A stretch of DNA of 64,000 nt from Nitrospirota bacterium (GTDB lineage Bacteria > Nitrospirota > UBA9217): positions 832,001 to 896,000 of the forward strand of contig OY760142.1 in NCBI GenBank assembly GCA_963663225.1. Reading direction: 5' to 3'. A program made the translations under genes and the position numbers. Positions 38,375 to 47,921 of the stretch are shown here, piece after piece; position 1 is the stretch's first letter; each line of letters begins with the position of its first letter. The notes below the pieces were generated by a model that had not been told where the DNA came from, did no database searches, and saw only the letters and a list, made by a program, of their open reading frames with translations.

Positions 38375-39124
38375 TCAGACATTTTCCTTTAGCAAACCGG
38401 CCGCCGCTCTGTCCAAAAACCAGAGAATGCTGCCTTCCGCCGGACGAAGCAGACCGGCGGGATAGTGCCGTGGATTTCCTTTTTCAATTATCTCGTGAAC
38501 CACCTGTGCCTTTGACTGCCCTGATGCAAGCAAAAGAATCTGCGCGGCATGATTTAATACAGGAAACGTGAGCGTCACCCTGCTCGGTTTCGGCGGTTCC
38601 AGATATACAGGCGCTGTCAGGCGCTCCTGATCAAACACGGCCTCTGTGTTCGGAAACAGCGACGCGGTATGTCCGTCTTCGCCCACGCCGAGAATGATGA
38701 GATCGAATGAAGGGGTTCCGACGGCACTGAAGAGAGTGCGAATTTCCTGCTCGTAGCGCCGCGCTGCCTGCTCCGCCTTGTCATCTTCCGCAATCCGGTG
38801 GATATTCGACTTAGGAATGTTTGTGGGAGCCAGGAGCAGGTTAAAAATCATCCCGTAATTACTGTCCGGATGATTCCGGGGAACGCATCGCTCATCGACC
38901 AGGAAGATGTGAACCCGCTTCCAGTCAATCGTCTTGCGATAGCGGGAAGAACCCAGCAGTTCGTACAGACGGCGGGGCGTGGACCCGCCTGAAAGCGCGG
39001 CAACAAACCGGTCCTGTTGCAGAACGGTTTTTTGGAAAAGAGAACAAAAAAAGTCCGCGGCATTCCTGCTCAAGTCTTCCAGATCGGCAAATATCTGCAC
39101 CTTCGGAGGAAGCATGCCGCTCAC
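38375..39124 (-). CDS. pgl: 6-phosphogluconolactonase
   Basis: ALSGGSTP, DERCVP, GEDGHTASLFP, RVTLT. Confidence 0.94.
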   Translation of the reverse strand: MSGMLPPKVQIFADLEDLSRNAADFFCSLFQKTVLQQDRFVAALSGGSTPRRLYELLGSSRYRKTIDWKRVHIFLVDERCVPRNHPDSNYGMIFNLLLAPTNIPKSNIHRIAEDDKAEQAARRYEQEIRTLFSAVGTPSFDLIILGVGEDGHTASLFPNTEAVFDQERLTAPVYLEPPKPSRVTLTFPVLNHAAQILLLASGQSKAQVVHEIIEKGNPRHYPAGLLRPAEGSILWFLDRAAAGLLKENV

Positions 39125-40692
39125 AGCGGCCTCCAGGTGCGGTTGTCCTTGCTTATCAGCCGGTCGGCTTCATCAGGTCCGTCCGAACCAGCGGGATAAA
39201 ACGTCAGAGGCACACGGCTGTCCGATGCCGGCGCGTTCAGTACCGGCGTAAGCACGGACCACGAAAGCTCCACACTGTCCTCCCGCATGAACAGCATGTG
39301 ATCTCCCAGCATGCAGTCCATCAGCACCCACTCATAGGCGTCGAGCAAAACTCCCCGGGGATAGGAATACTGCATCTGCACAGGCCCCAGGCAAACTTTT
39401 GTTCCGGGCTGTTTCGTCTGAAACGCGAGGCTCATGCCTTCGTCAGGCTGGATCTTCAGAACGATGACATTCGGCTCAATCGGTCCCCCGACGGAATCAG
39501 GAAACATGGAATGCGGCACTTCCTTGAAGTGGATGGAAATCGTCGTTTCCCGCTTTGCAAGCCGCTTGCCCGATCGGAGATAAAAAGGCACGCCCTGCCA
39601 GCGCCAGTTATCGATAAATACCTTCAGCGCGGCATAGGTCGGCGCTGCCGACTGCCGTGCAACACCTTTTTCGTCCCGATATGCTGGCATCCGGCGGCCG
39701 TTGATCTCTCCTTCGGCGTATTGTCCGATCACCAGATGATCACCCAGCGTTTCCCGGGGAATTTGCCTCAGCGAGCGGAGAACTTTTGCTTTTTCGTCAT
39801 GCACCCGGTCGGCGACAAACGCTGCGGGCGGCTCCATGGCAGTAAGGCAGAGCAGCTGGAGCATATGATTTTGAAACATGTCGCGAAGCACGCCGGCTTC
39901 CTCGTAGTATCCGGTCCGGTGCTCCACGCCGAGAGTCTCCGCGGCGGTGATCTGGACGTGATCAATATAGCGCTCGTTCCAGAGCGGTTCAAAGATGGAA
40001 TTCGCGAACCGGAACATAAGGATGTTCTGCACGGTTTCTTTCGCCAGATAGTGATCAATCCGGAATATCTGGCTTTCCTTATAATAGGCATGGACAAGCC
40101 GGTTCAGCCTGCAAGCCGAGGCGAAGTCATGGCCAAAAGGTTTTTCGATCACCACATGGCTCCGTCCTCTGTCTTCGCGCGCCAGGCCTGCGGCGCCGAG
40201 ATTGTGGACTACGGGTTCGAAAACCACCGGTGGAATGGCAAGATAAAAATTTCGGTTTCCTCCGGTCTGATGTCTGCTTTCCAATTCAGGAAGGATGTCC
40301 CGGAGAGATCCGGCATACGATGCGGGGTCGGCATAGTCAAAGGGTGAATAGTAGAGATGCGGTATGAATGCGTTCCAGGTCTCCTGGTCAAAGTCTTTGG
40401 GAGCGGCCTCCTGTACCGCTTCAAACATGGCCCGGCGAAACTGGTCCGTGCTCATTCTGATGCGGCCTGTGCCAAGAATGAAAAAATGCTCCGACAGCAT
40501 TCCATTCTTAAAAAGCCGGTAGAGCGATGGAAACAGCTTCCGCTTCGCAAGGTCTCCTGAGGCCCCGAAAATGATCATCGCGGTCGGTTGCGGAACTTCG
40601 ATTTCGCAGGTATTCACGGTTCTGTACTCCGGTCCTGCGTCCCGATCATCAGGACAATCTTCGCCGGCTTTCTGAATTGCAGAATTGTTCAT
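39121..40692 (-). CDS. zwf: glucose-6-phosphate 1-dehydrogenase
   Basis: FGASGDLAKRKL, EKPFG, RIDHYLAKE, RWQGVPFYLRSGK. Confidence 0.97.
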   Translation of the reverse strand: MNNSAIQKAGEDCPDDRDAGPEYRTVNTCEIEVPQPTAMIIFGASGDLAKRKLFPSLYRLFKNGMLSEHFFILGTGRIRMSTDQFRRAMFEAVQEAAPKDFDQETWNAFIPHLYYSPFDYADPASYAGSLRDILPELESRHQTGGNRNFYLAIPPVVFEPVVHNLGAAGLAREDRGRSHVVIEKPFGHDFASACRLNRLVHAYYKESQIFRIDHYLAKETVQNILMFRFANSIFEPLWNERYIDHVQITAAETLGVEHRTGYYEEAGVLRDMFQNHMLQLLCLTAMEPPAAFVADRVHDEKAKVLRSLRQIPRETLGDHLVIGQYAEGEINGRRMPAYRDEKGVARQSAAPTYAALKVFIDNWRWQGVPFYLRSGKRLAKRETTISIHFKEVPHSMFPDSVGGPIEPNVIVLKIQPDEGMSLAFQTKQPGTKVCLGPVQMQYSYPRGVLLDAYEWVLMDCMLGDHMLFMREDSVELSWSVLTPVLNAPASDSRVPLTFYPAGSDGPDEADRLISKDNRTWRPL

Positions 40693-40767
40693 GCGCCCTC
40701 GTGCTGGTCAAAACGGCATTGGGGTGAAGGGAAGAGTTTCCTTTCTGACGATGTCGGCGTACGCGTT

Positions 40768-41667
40768 TTACCGTTTCCCCCCTGCTTCATGTCCGCCAAA
40801 TTGGTTCCGCAATGCTGAAATGATCTTTCCCGTGTAGCTTGGTTTTTTCCCGGATTCAAGCCGGAAGTTGAGCGCCCCTTCAATGACCGGCACCGGGATC
40901 TCAAATTCCTTTGCGGCTTCCACCGTCCACATTCCCTCGCCGCTCTGTGCTGCAGTGCCTGAAATTCCGTTTAAATCGGCGCCGTGCTGTTCATAAGCTT
41001 TTTGAAGCCATCCCACAAGCCGAGACGTAATCACACTCTGATGGTTGTACAAATCTGCGATTTTTACAAGATCAAGTTCGAAGGGCGATCCCTTCATGAC
41101 CGCAAACCCCTCCGCCAGCGCCTGCATCATGCCGTATTCAATGCCGTTGTGGACCATCTTCACGAAGTGGCCCGCACCGGACCCTCCCATATAACCGTGT
41201 CCTTTCTCTGCGGACAAGTCTCTGAACAGCTGTTCAAACTTCTCATAGACGGGCCTCTTCCCGCCGACCATGATGCAGGCGCCTCTTCTCGCGCCTGCCG
41301 GGCCGCCGCTCGTTCCTGCGTCAAGAAAATCGATGCCGTGCTGTTCGAGTTTCTTCGCCCGCCGCATGGTTTCCTTGTAGGGAGAATTTCCTCCGTCAAT
41401 TATGGCGTCTCCCTGTTCGAGGTATTTCAGGAGTTCCGCTAAAACATCATCCACGGCCTGGTACGGCACCATAATCCAGACCAGCCGAGGAGAGGACAGC
41501 GAGCCGGCAAGTGCCTGGATTGAGTCTGCAGGCTGAGCGCCGCGCAAAGCGATTTTTTTAACCGGCTCCACGCTCCTGTTGTACACCACGACCTGGTAGC
41601 TCCTGTCGAGAAGCAGCTCCACCATGTTGAAGCCCATTTTTCCCAAACCGATATATCCGAGTTTCAT
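40768..41667 (-). CDS. gnd: 6-phosphogluconate dehydrogenase (decarboxylating, short form)
   Basis: IGLGKMG, DGGNS, GHFVKMVHNGIEYG, ALRNQFGGH. Confidence 0.94.
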   Translation of the reverse strand: MKLGYIGLGKMGFNMVELLLDRSYQVVVYNRSVEPVKKIALRGAQPADSIQALAGSLSSPRLVWIMVPYQAVDDVLAELLKYLEQGDAIIDGGNSPYKETMRRAKKLEQHGIDFLDAGTSGGPAGARRGACIMVGGKRPVYEKFEQLFRDLSAEKGHGYMGGSGAGHFVKMVHNGIEYGMMQALAEGFAVMKGSPFELDLVKIADLYNHQSVITSRLVGWLQKAYEQHGADLNGISGTAAQSGEGMWTVEAAKEFEIPVPVIEGALNFRLESGKKPSYTGKIISALRNQFGGHEAGGKR

Positions 41668-41729
41668 ATGACCTCTTTTTTTTAAAGCCGCCTGCCGTTC
41701 TCTGTTGTTTCCAAGCACCGGCTTTCCGG

Positions 41730-42203
41730 TTAAAGGACACGCTCTCTGTTCTTTTTCATGCACTCATTTTCTATGGCAAGGATTTTTTCGAGTCTTCGAA
41801 CATGCCGTTCGATACCGGAGAAAGATGCGGACAAGAACGTACGCACTATTTCTTTCGCAAGTTCAGGACCAACAATTCGCGCACCGAGACAGAGGACATT
41901 CATGTCGTCGTCCTCCACTCCCTGGTGCGCGGAAAAAGAGTCATGGCAGACCGCCGCGCGGATGCCCGGAAATTTGTTCGCCGCAACGCACGCGCCGACT
42001 CCGCTGCCGCATACCACAATGCCACGGGCGGCCTCTTTGTCGAATATGGCGAGGGCCACTGCGCGGGCATAATCCGGATAGTCAACAGATTCGAAGCTGT
42101 GAGTCCCCAGATCGTGCACCGTATGGCCGAGCGTTCGAATATATTCAGCGAGAACCGCCTTCAGCTGAAATCCTCCATGATCAGCGCCGATGGCTATATT
42201 CAT
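41730..42203 (-). CDS. rpiB: ribose-5-phosphate isomerase B
   Basis: GADHGG, VDYPD, CGSGVG, NVLCLGAR. Confidence 0.95.
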   Translation of the reverse strand: MNIAIGADHGGFQLKAVLAEYIRTLGHTVHDLGTHSFESVDYPDYARAVALAIFDKEAARGIVVCGSGVGACVAANKFPGIRAAVCHDSFSAHQGVEDDDMNVLCLGARIVGPELAKEIVRTFLSASFSGIERHVRRLEKILAIENECMKKNRERVL

Positions 42204-42298
42204 AGCAGTTTTTTGCTCCTTTCTCCCGCAGGAACAGCGCGGAGATGCGAATGGAAAAACCAGAACATGCTTTTCAGGGAAGAATATCTTTAAAAAAA

Positions 42299-42326
42299 AT
42301 CATAGCATAACCTAAAGGGATGTCAA
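42299..42326 (-). promoter_or_regulatory. sigma70 promoter of the rpiB-gnd-zwf-pgl operon
   Basis: TTGACA-N16-TATGAT with TG extension on the minus strand. Confidence 0.75.
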
Positions 42327-42456
42327 GGCGGCACGGCCCGTACCGTCCACACCGATCCCAGCTTGATGGCGGCTGCTGAAACAGGGTGAGTGCCGGTTTG
42401 ACCTTTTCTGAATGGGAACGTGTTTGCGGCGTTCTCTGTTCGTCCGTAAAGGACGG

Positions 42457-43368
42457 TTATTGCAGCTTTATCTTTTTCTTCAGTTGACCCAGAACCTGTA
42501 TCGCTGTTGCTGTTTTTTTAAATTTAACGGCTCCGATAAGATACCGGCCGGCCTGTTCGATCATGACCGGTCCATACAGGGAATCCACGGCCTGCAAGGA
42601 TGTCTCTCCGTGCATCTTTTTCTCGTGAACGCCTTTTCCTGATGCCGTCAAATACGTCCGATACTGATCAAGAGATCCCCGTGCTGTTTCCGGAGTGTCT
42701 TCCAGCACGATAAACACTTGCATTTCTTCCCCCTGCAGCTGCGCATCCGCAATGAGTCCCCGCCTGAAAAATTCATATCCGAGGAGACTTTGCGCAATAT
42801 ACCGCTCGCTCTTCGGGACGACTGCAGGTATCGTCAGCGCTGCAAGTTCCCTGGGTCTGTTGGTGTTGTTCGGCAGGCGTCGGGTTATTTCCTGAGCGCA
42901 GGACAGAAGGATATTCTGTTCCAGGCTTGTTGTTCCCGTGGCTTGAAGTCTTACGAGATATCTGTCCTGGTAAAAAAACAGCTGTGACGAAGAAACAGTG
43001 CCTTCGGCGCCGACGGCGGCTTCAGCGTCGTCCTTTTTCCGGTAGTTGGCATACATGCCGAAAGCATCGAGCAGGGAGCCCATCTTATAGACATCAGCAT
43101 CCACGGCAATTTGAGGATTTTTGCTGTTTCCATATCTGGCCGAGGCAAGCAGTTCGAATCCATACGGGAAATACAGCTCCGACTCGCCATTGATGCGTTC
43201 AAAGAGGGTGTCTTTGTTATACAGGACCACCTTCCCGTCCCTGTCCCATCCGGACGCGCACGACGGCGAAGCCAGGACGGTCTCAAGCGCAGCTTCAGCA
43301 GCACCGGATACAATCGGCGCAAAAAAAGAGCAAAAAACGATTATAAAAATAAACCGGATGATCTGCAT
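42457..43368 (-). CDS. exported DUF6599-like protein
   Basis: Signal peptide; LFERINGESELYFPYGF and VYKMGSLLDAFGMY motifs. Confidence 0.7.
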   Translation of the reverse strand: MQIIRFIFIIVFCSFFAPIVSGAAEAALETVLASPSCASGWDRDGKVVLYNKDTLFERINGESELYFPYGFELLASARYGNSKNPQIAVDADVYKMGSLLDAFGMYANYRKKDDAEAAVGAEGTVSSSQLFFYQDRYLVRLQATGTTSLEQNILLSCAQEITRRLPNNTNRPRELAALTIPAVVPKSERYIAQSLLGYEFFRRGLIADAQLQGEEMQVFIVLEDTPETARGSLDQYRTYLTASGKGVHEKKMHGETSLQAVDSLYGPVMIEQAGRYLIGAVKFKKTATAIQVLGQLKKKIKLQ

Positions 43369-43383
43369 GGCTCCTCCTGCTTT

Positions 43384-45345
43384 TCAACGCTGGTTATTCA
43401 GCAATGCCGCAGCTATCTGCCGTGCGACTCCGCATGGGTCGCCGGCGTGCTGGTCGATTGATTCGTCATGCGGCATCGACGCCGTATCATGCGCGGATGT
43501 CGATCCGAGCATCATACCGGCCGGTTTTCGTGCTTTGGCAGGAATCGGGAACGCTCTCCCCTCGAATATTGTTCCCCAGATGGGAATCTGATTCAGTTTC
43601 AGAGGGTCGACGCTGAACGGGTCTTGATCGAGCACGGTAAAATTCGCAATCTTGCCGGGGATGATGCTGCCGAGTTCGCTCTCCTTCCTCCATGAATACG
43701 CGGCCTCGATCGTGACAGCGCGCAAGGCGTCTTCCACGCTGATGCGTTCTTCAGGGCCCGCCACGCGGCCGGATGGTGTAACGCGATTGACAGCAGCCCA
43801 CAGGAAATTGAGCGGGGAGCTCGGCCCCATCGGAAGATCGGAATGGAAGGACAGTGGAATACGGCGTTTCAGGACCGAAGCGGAGCGCACCATCGTGTCC
43901 GCCCGCTGCGGTCCAAGTCCGAACTCACCATATTTGTCCGCAAATCCCACCGTATAATAAGGATTCGCGCTCACAATGGCGCCGAGCCGGGCGATGCGCG
44001 CGATTTGCTCCGGTGTTGACGTGGCAAAGTGGACGATGACCGCGCGATGGTCGGCGCGGGGAGTTTCGATCATCCTGCGTTCCAGAATATCAAGCACCGT
44101 TTCGAGCCCCTGATCGCCGTTCACATGGATGTGGAGCTGATAGCCGGCGTTCCAGTAAAGCTGCGTGCGCTCGTCAAGGTTCTTCGGAGTCATCAGCCAT
44201 TCGCCATGGTGGCCGTCAAGGTAGCCGTCCTTCATCTGCATGAGCTGCGAGATGATCGCGCCGTCGGCAAACAGTTTAATCTGTTTTGGAAAAAAAGAAA
44301 CCTTACCCTGCGGCGCCAGGGCAATCTGCTTCTCGGTTGCAGCGAGCGATTCAGGCAATCCAAGGCCTGCATCAACCTGGCTGCGGGCATCCACGACAAA
44401 ATAACTGTAGAACGGAGCATCGTCCGATCCCAGAATCTGCTGGTACAGTTTCCAAATGTCGGGCGTAAAAAGCGCGCCGGGTTCCATATAGGCGGTCACA
44501 CCGTTTTGGTGGAGGTAGGCAACCATCTGCTTCAACCCGAACGCCATGCGCTCCGGCGTGGCAAACACTTTCAGAAGAGGCCTCAGGATTAGGTTCATCC
44601 CTGTCTCCCACCAGTGGCCTTCTTCCCAGTTCACCATGCTGCTGGCGTCGCCTTTACCCTGCATCTGCTCTTCGGTCAGGCCAAGCGCCTTGATGGCTGC
44701 AGTGTTAAGATAAAATTCATGGCATGACCGCTGCCAGACTGCAATCGGCCTCGTGGCGCTGACGGCATCCAGCGTCTTGCGGTCGAGTTTGCCGTGCCAG
44801 AGCGCGTGGTAGCCCCATGAGAACAACCATTTGCCCTTGTCCTTCATCGCGCGGTCTGCCGCTTTGAGCCTCGCCATATATTCCTCTGGGTTATTTGCCG
44901 CCTTGAATGTGCGACCCGGCAAGACCCAATCCTCGGTCGCGATTACTTCCGTTGATAAGGTCAACGAGCCGAGGATTGGATGCAGATGCTGGTCGATGAG
45001 TCCCGGCAGAATGATTTTTGATTTAAACGTATCGTTCACTGCAAACCGCCGTCCGCCAAGCGCAGACTTCACTTCTTCGAGCGTGCCGACGGCCAGGATA
45101 TGCTTTTCGGCCACTGCCACGGCAACGGCCTCCGGATTGCCGCGCTCCATGGTTATGATTTTTTTCGCCGTATAGACCGTTATCGGCTCCATCGACGCGC
45201 CTGTTCCCGGCTGTGCCGTCTGCAAACCGTTGGTTAATGCTGAATTCAGTGAACCGTCGGCCACAGCAGTATTTCCCGTGATCAGCAGACTAAAGACAAG
45301 CATCCCACTGCCAAGCCACATCGGTATGGCGAAAACCTTCTTCAT
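43384..45345 (-). CDS. exported amidohydrolase (Amidohydro_3/YtcJ-like)
   Basis: Signal peptide, PGLIDQHLHP, KLFADG, HIHVNGD, FHSDLP, GSIIPGKIANF. Confidence 0.88.
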   Translation of the reverse strand: MKKVFAIPMWLGSGMLVFSLLITGNTAVADGSLNSALTNGLQTAQPGTGASMEPITVYTAKKIITMERGNPEAVAVAVAEKHILAVGTLEEVKSALGGRRFAVNDTFKSKIILPGLIDQHLHPILGSLTLSTEVIATEDWVLPGRTFKAANNPEEYMARLKAADRAMKDKGKWLFSWGYHALWHGKLDRKTLDAVSATRPIAVWQRSCHEFYLNTAAIKALGLTEEQMQGKGDASSMVNWEEGHWWETGMNLILRPLLKVFATPERMAFGLKQMVAYLHQNGVTAYMEPGALFTPDIWKLYQQILGSDDAPFYSYFVVDARSQVDAGLGLPESLAATEKQIALAPQGKVSFFPKQIKLFADGAIISQLMQMKDGYLDGHHGEWLMTPKNLDERTQLYWNAGYQLHIHVNGDQGLETVLDILERRMIETPRADHRAVIVHFATSTPEQIARIARLGAIVSANPYYTVGFADKYGEFGLGPQRADTMVRSASVLKRRIPLSFHSDLPMGPSSPLNFLWAAVNRVTPSGRVAGPEERISVEDALRAVTIEAAYSWRKESELGSIIPGKIANFTVLDQDPFSVDPLKLNQIPIWGTIFEGRAFPIPAKARKPAGMMLGSTSAHDTASMPHDESIDQHAGDPCGVARQIAAALLNNQR

Positions 45346-45408
45346 TATAAACCTCCTCATTCGAGCGGTCAGAGAGAACCATTTTTTCAACGGCAAGTCT
45401 TCCCTGCC

Positions 45409-45675
45409 CTATTCCTGCTGACGGTAATAATAAATAAGAAATATCTGAAATGCGACCATAACGGTATTGACCGCGTAGAAATAGATCACGTAGTCCATAT
45501 TGTACAGAAATTTATACAGAATGCCGCTTATATATCCAATAACGATAAAAACGTAGAACACCGTGCTTTGGCCTTTGACTGTTTTTGTTCTTACTGTTTT
45601 TGCGATTGCAAACGGCCACGAGATGCCAAAACAGATGAGCATGATCAATTCAAATATTGTTCTTTCAAAAATCAT
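45409..45675 (-). CDS. small 3-TM PQ-loop/SemiSWEET-like membrane protein
   Basis: FELIMLICFGISWP..K..RTKT..GQS; three hydrophobic helices; AT-rich. Confidence 0.65.
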   Translation of the reverse strand: MIFERTIFELIMLICFGISWPFAIAKTVRTKTVKGQSTVFYVFIVIGYISGILYKFLYNMDYVIYFYAVNTVMVAFQIFLIYYYRQQE

Positions 45676-45781
45676 TTTTTCTCCGAACACTCTAATGAAA
45701 TTTGATATAGGGAAACAATGTTAACAGGTTTTTTGTCACGTGGCACCGCGACAGTGCCCTGAAAGATTCCGGACGGATTTT

Positions 45782-46594
45782 TCAGGGGGATGCGGATGTA
45801 TGCGTATATCCGATGAAAAACAACCGTTTAAACGGAAGAATCACCATGCCGTTTTTCTGCAACGGGTAAACCTTTTTTATTTCCTGCAGGACTTCATCCT
45901 CAAATTGTTCAGTTTCAGCATTGTCTTGCAGGCAATCCAGATAGGGTTTTAAACCCGTGCTTTTTATCCACGCAAGAATGGCCGTGTGGGATGCGAGCGG
46001 GTGCAGATAATAGGTTTCCCATATTTCAAATGACCGGAACCTGTCGGCAAGATGATCGTAATAGAACCGGTAATCGTGACGGGTAAATACCGAGGAACAT
46101 CCGTCCATTTTTTTCCGCCATCGTTCGTTCTCTGCCGCCTTTTCAATGGCCTTGCTCAACGGCATGTCCCGGAATTGCGGTATCTGCACGGCCAGCACGC
46201 CGTTCGCAGACACCAAGTCGCACAGCACATCGAGCAGGCGCGTGTGATTCGGAATCCACTGAAGCGCCGCATTCGAAAATACGATGTCGAATTTTGCATC
46301 ACTCCGATATCCGGAGGCATCGGCAACAATCCATGTGTGTGATGGATGGTCGCGTTTTGCCCGTTCGATCATTGTCGGAGAGCTGTCTATTCCGAATAAT
46401 TGCGCTGTTGGCCAGCGCTGCATCAATACCTGACTGCTGTTTCCCGGTCCGCATCCGATATCAATTATCGAACGAGGAGAGGAACGTATTGTAATTCTGC
46501 TTACCAAATCAATGGACGGCTGCGTGCGTTCATTTTTATAGGTCAGATATAAATCCGGATCCCAGCCATTGGTGCATTCCACGTTGTTCCTCAT
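45782..46594 (-). CDS. tam: trans-aconitate 2-methyltransferase-like SAM methyltransferase
   Basis: WDP..Y...ERTQP..DL, DIGCGPGNS, FSNAALQW, LPFKRLF. Confidence 0.85.
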   Translation of the reverse strand: MRNNVECTNGWDPDLYLTYKNERTQPSIDLVSRITIRSSPRSIIDIGCGPGNSSQVLMQRWPTAQLFGIDSSPTMIERAKRDHPSHTWIVADASGYRSDAKFDIVFSNAALQWIPNHTRLLDVLCDLVSANGVLAVQIPQFRDMPLSKAIEKAAENERWRKKMDGCSSVFTRHDYRFYYDHLADRFRSFEIWETYYLHPLASHTAILAWIKSTGLKPYLDCLQDNAETEQFEDEVLQEIKKVYPLQKNGMVILPFKRLFFIGYTHTSASP

Positions 46595-46690
46595 TTGCTC
46601 TTTGTTGTTTCAATGAAAAAATGAAGCAGCGCGGCAGATCATTGGACATCGGTCGCAACAAACGACAACTCGTTTTACCGCACCGCAATG

Positions 46691-47857
46691 CTAGCCCAGA
46701 ACCATTCTTGCCCGGGCCATTTTCGATGCGATATTCAGACCGCGCACGCATGTTGCGACACATTCGGAACAGTCTATGCACGCCGAAGCGGCGATCTTTG
46801 ACTCACCGTACGTCGACCGGGCGAGCTGCGGGCTTTTATATCCTTCCGCGTACATCAGCGAGCGGTTGATCGTGCTGATTTCCACGCCTTGCGGACAGGT
46901 GCCCTCACATTGTCCGCACAAGGTGCAATAATATGGATCAACGGCGGCGCTGTAGCGGTTCAAAATGCGTTCATCGGCGTAGCTGAACGGCATTCCCATG
47001 ACCGCGATATCCTCCCTGAGCTCCGCCATGTTCCTCATGCCCGGAATCGCCGTTGTGACATTGCTGTTTTGAAGAGCCCATTTCAACGCCGCCTGGTGGG
47101 GGCTGATCATCCCCAGCTCTTTCGTCGTGTACCCGCCTGCCTGGGTCTTCATGGCGATAATGCCGATCTTTGCCCGCGCCGCCCGCTCGATTGCCTCGGC
47201 AACGTTTTTGTCGCTCTTGAAATTGTAGGAAACAAGCGCCGTATCGAAAAACCGGTCTTTGTCGTCCACAAGCGCGTTCAGCACTTCCACCGGGTTTTTG
47301 TGTGTGGTCACTCCGAAGAACCGCACTTTTCCCTGTTCTTTCAGTTTCAGGAGCGCTTCTTTTGTCTCTGAGATGAAAATTCGCTCTTTATCCGACAGGC
47401 TGTGAAGCTGGAGCACATCAATATGGTCGGTATCAAGTGCCTTCAGGCTCGTTTCGGCGTCCTTGATAACGTCCGCCTTCGCTGTTGATTTTGTTTTCGT
47501 CGCCAGATAGACCCGGTTGCGTCTTCCTTTTAACGCCTTCCCCACAATCTCTTCATTTTTGCCGCCCATGTACACGCGGGCGGTATCAACATAGTTGACG
47601 CCGTGATCAAGGGCAACCGCGATAACCTCCGGTTCGGGAGTCAGCATGGCACCAAAGCTCACGACCGTGATCTTCAGACCGGTCCTGCCGAGCGTGCGAT
47701 ACACCGGCTGGGGAAACGCAAAAGGATCTGCTACCGCATGCTGTGAAACTGTTCCGGCAATCGCGACGCCTCCCACGAGGGCTGATGCGGTCCCTGCCAC
47801 TCCCGCTTTTAAAAATTCTCGTCTGTTCAATCCCGCTGATTTTTTTTCTTCACCCAT
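46691..47857 (-). CDS. Tat-exported aldo/keto reductase with C-terminal 4Fe-4S dicluster
   Basis: NRREFLK Tat motif, YRTLGRTG, DTARVY, CTLCGQCEGTCP, CIDCSECVATC. Confidence 0.88.
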   Translation of the reverse strand: MGEEKKSAGLNRREFLKAGVAGTASALVGGVAIAGTVSQHAVADPFAFPQPVYRTLGRTGLKITVVSFGAMLTPEPEVIAVALDHGVNYVDTARVYMGGKNEEIVGKALKGRRNRVYLATKTKSTAKADVIKDAETSLKALDTDHIDVLQLHSLSDKERIFISETKEALLKLKEQGKVRFFGVTTHKNPVEVLNALVDDKDRFFDTALVSYNFKSDKNVAEAIERAARAKIGIIAMKTQAGGYTTKELGMISPHQAALKWALQNSNVTTAIPGMRNMAELREDIAVMGMPFSYADERILNRYSAAVDPYYCTLCGQCEGTCPQGVEISTINRSLMYAEGYKSPQLARSTYGESKIAASACIDCSECVATCVRGLNIASKMARARMVLG

Positions 47858-47921
47858 GACGCCCTCCTCGTGCCGCCATCTGCCGGACAATCGCAACCGC
47901 GGCTTTCGAAATCTTTTGCTC

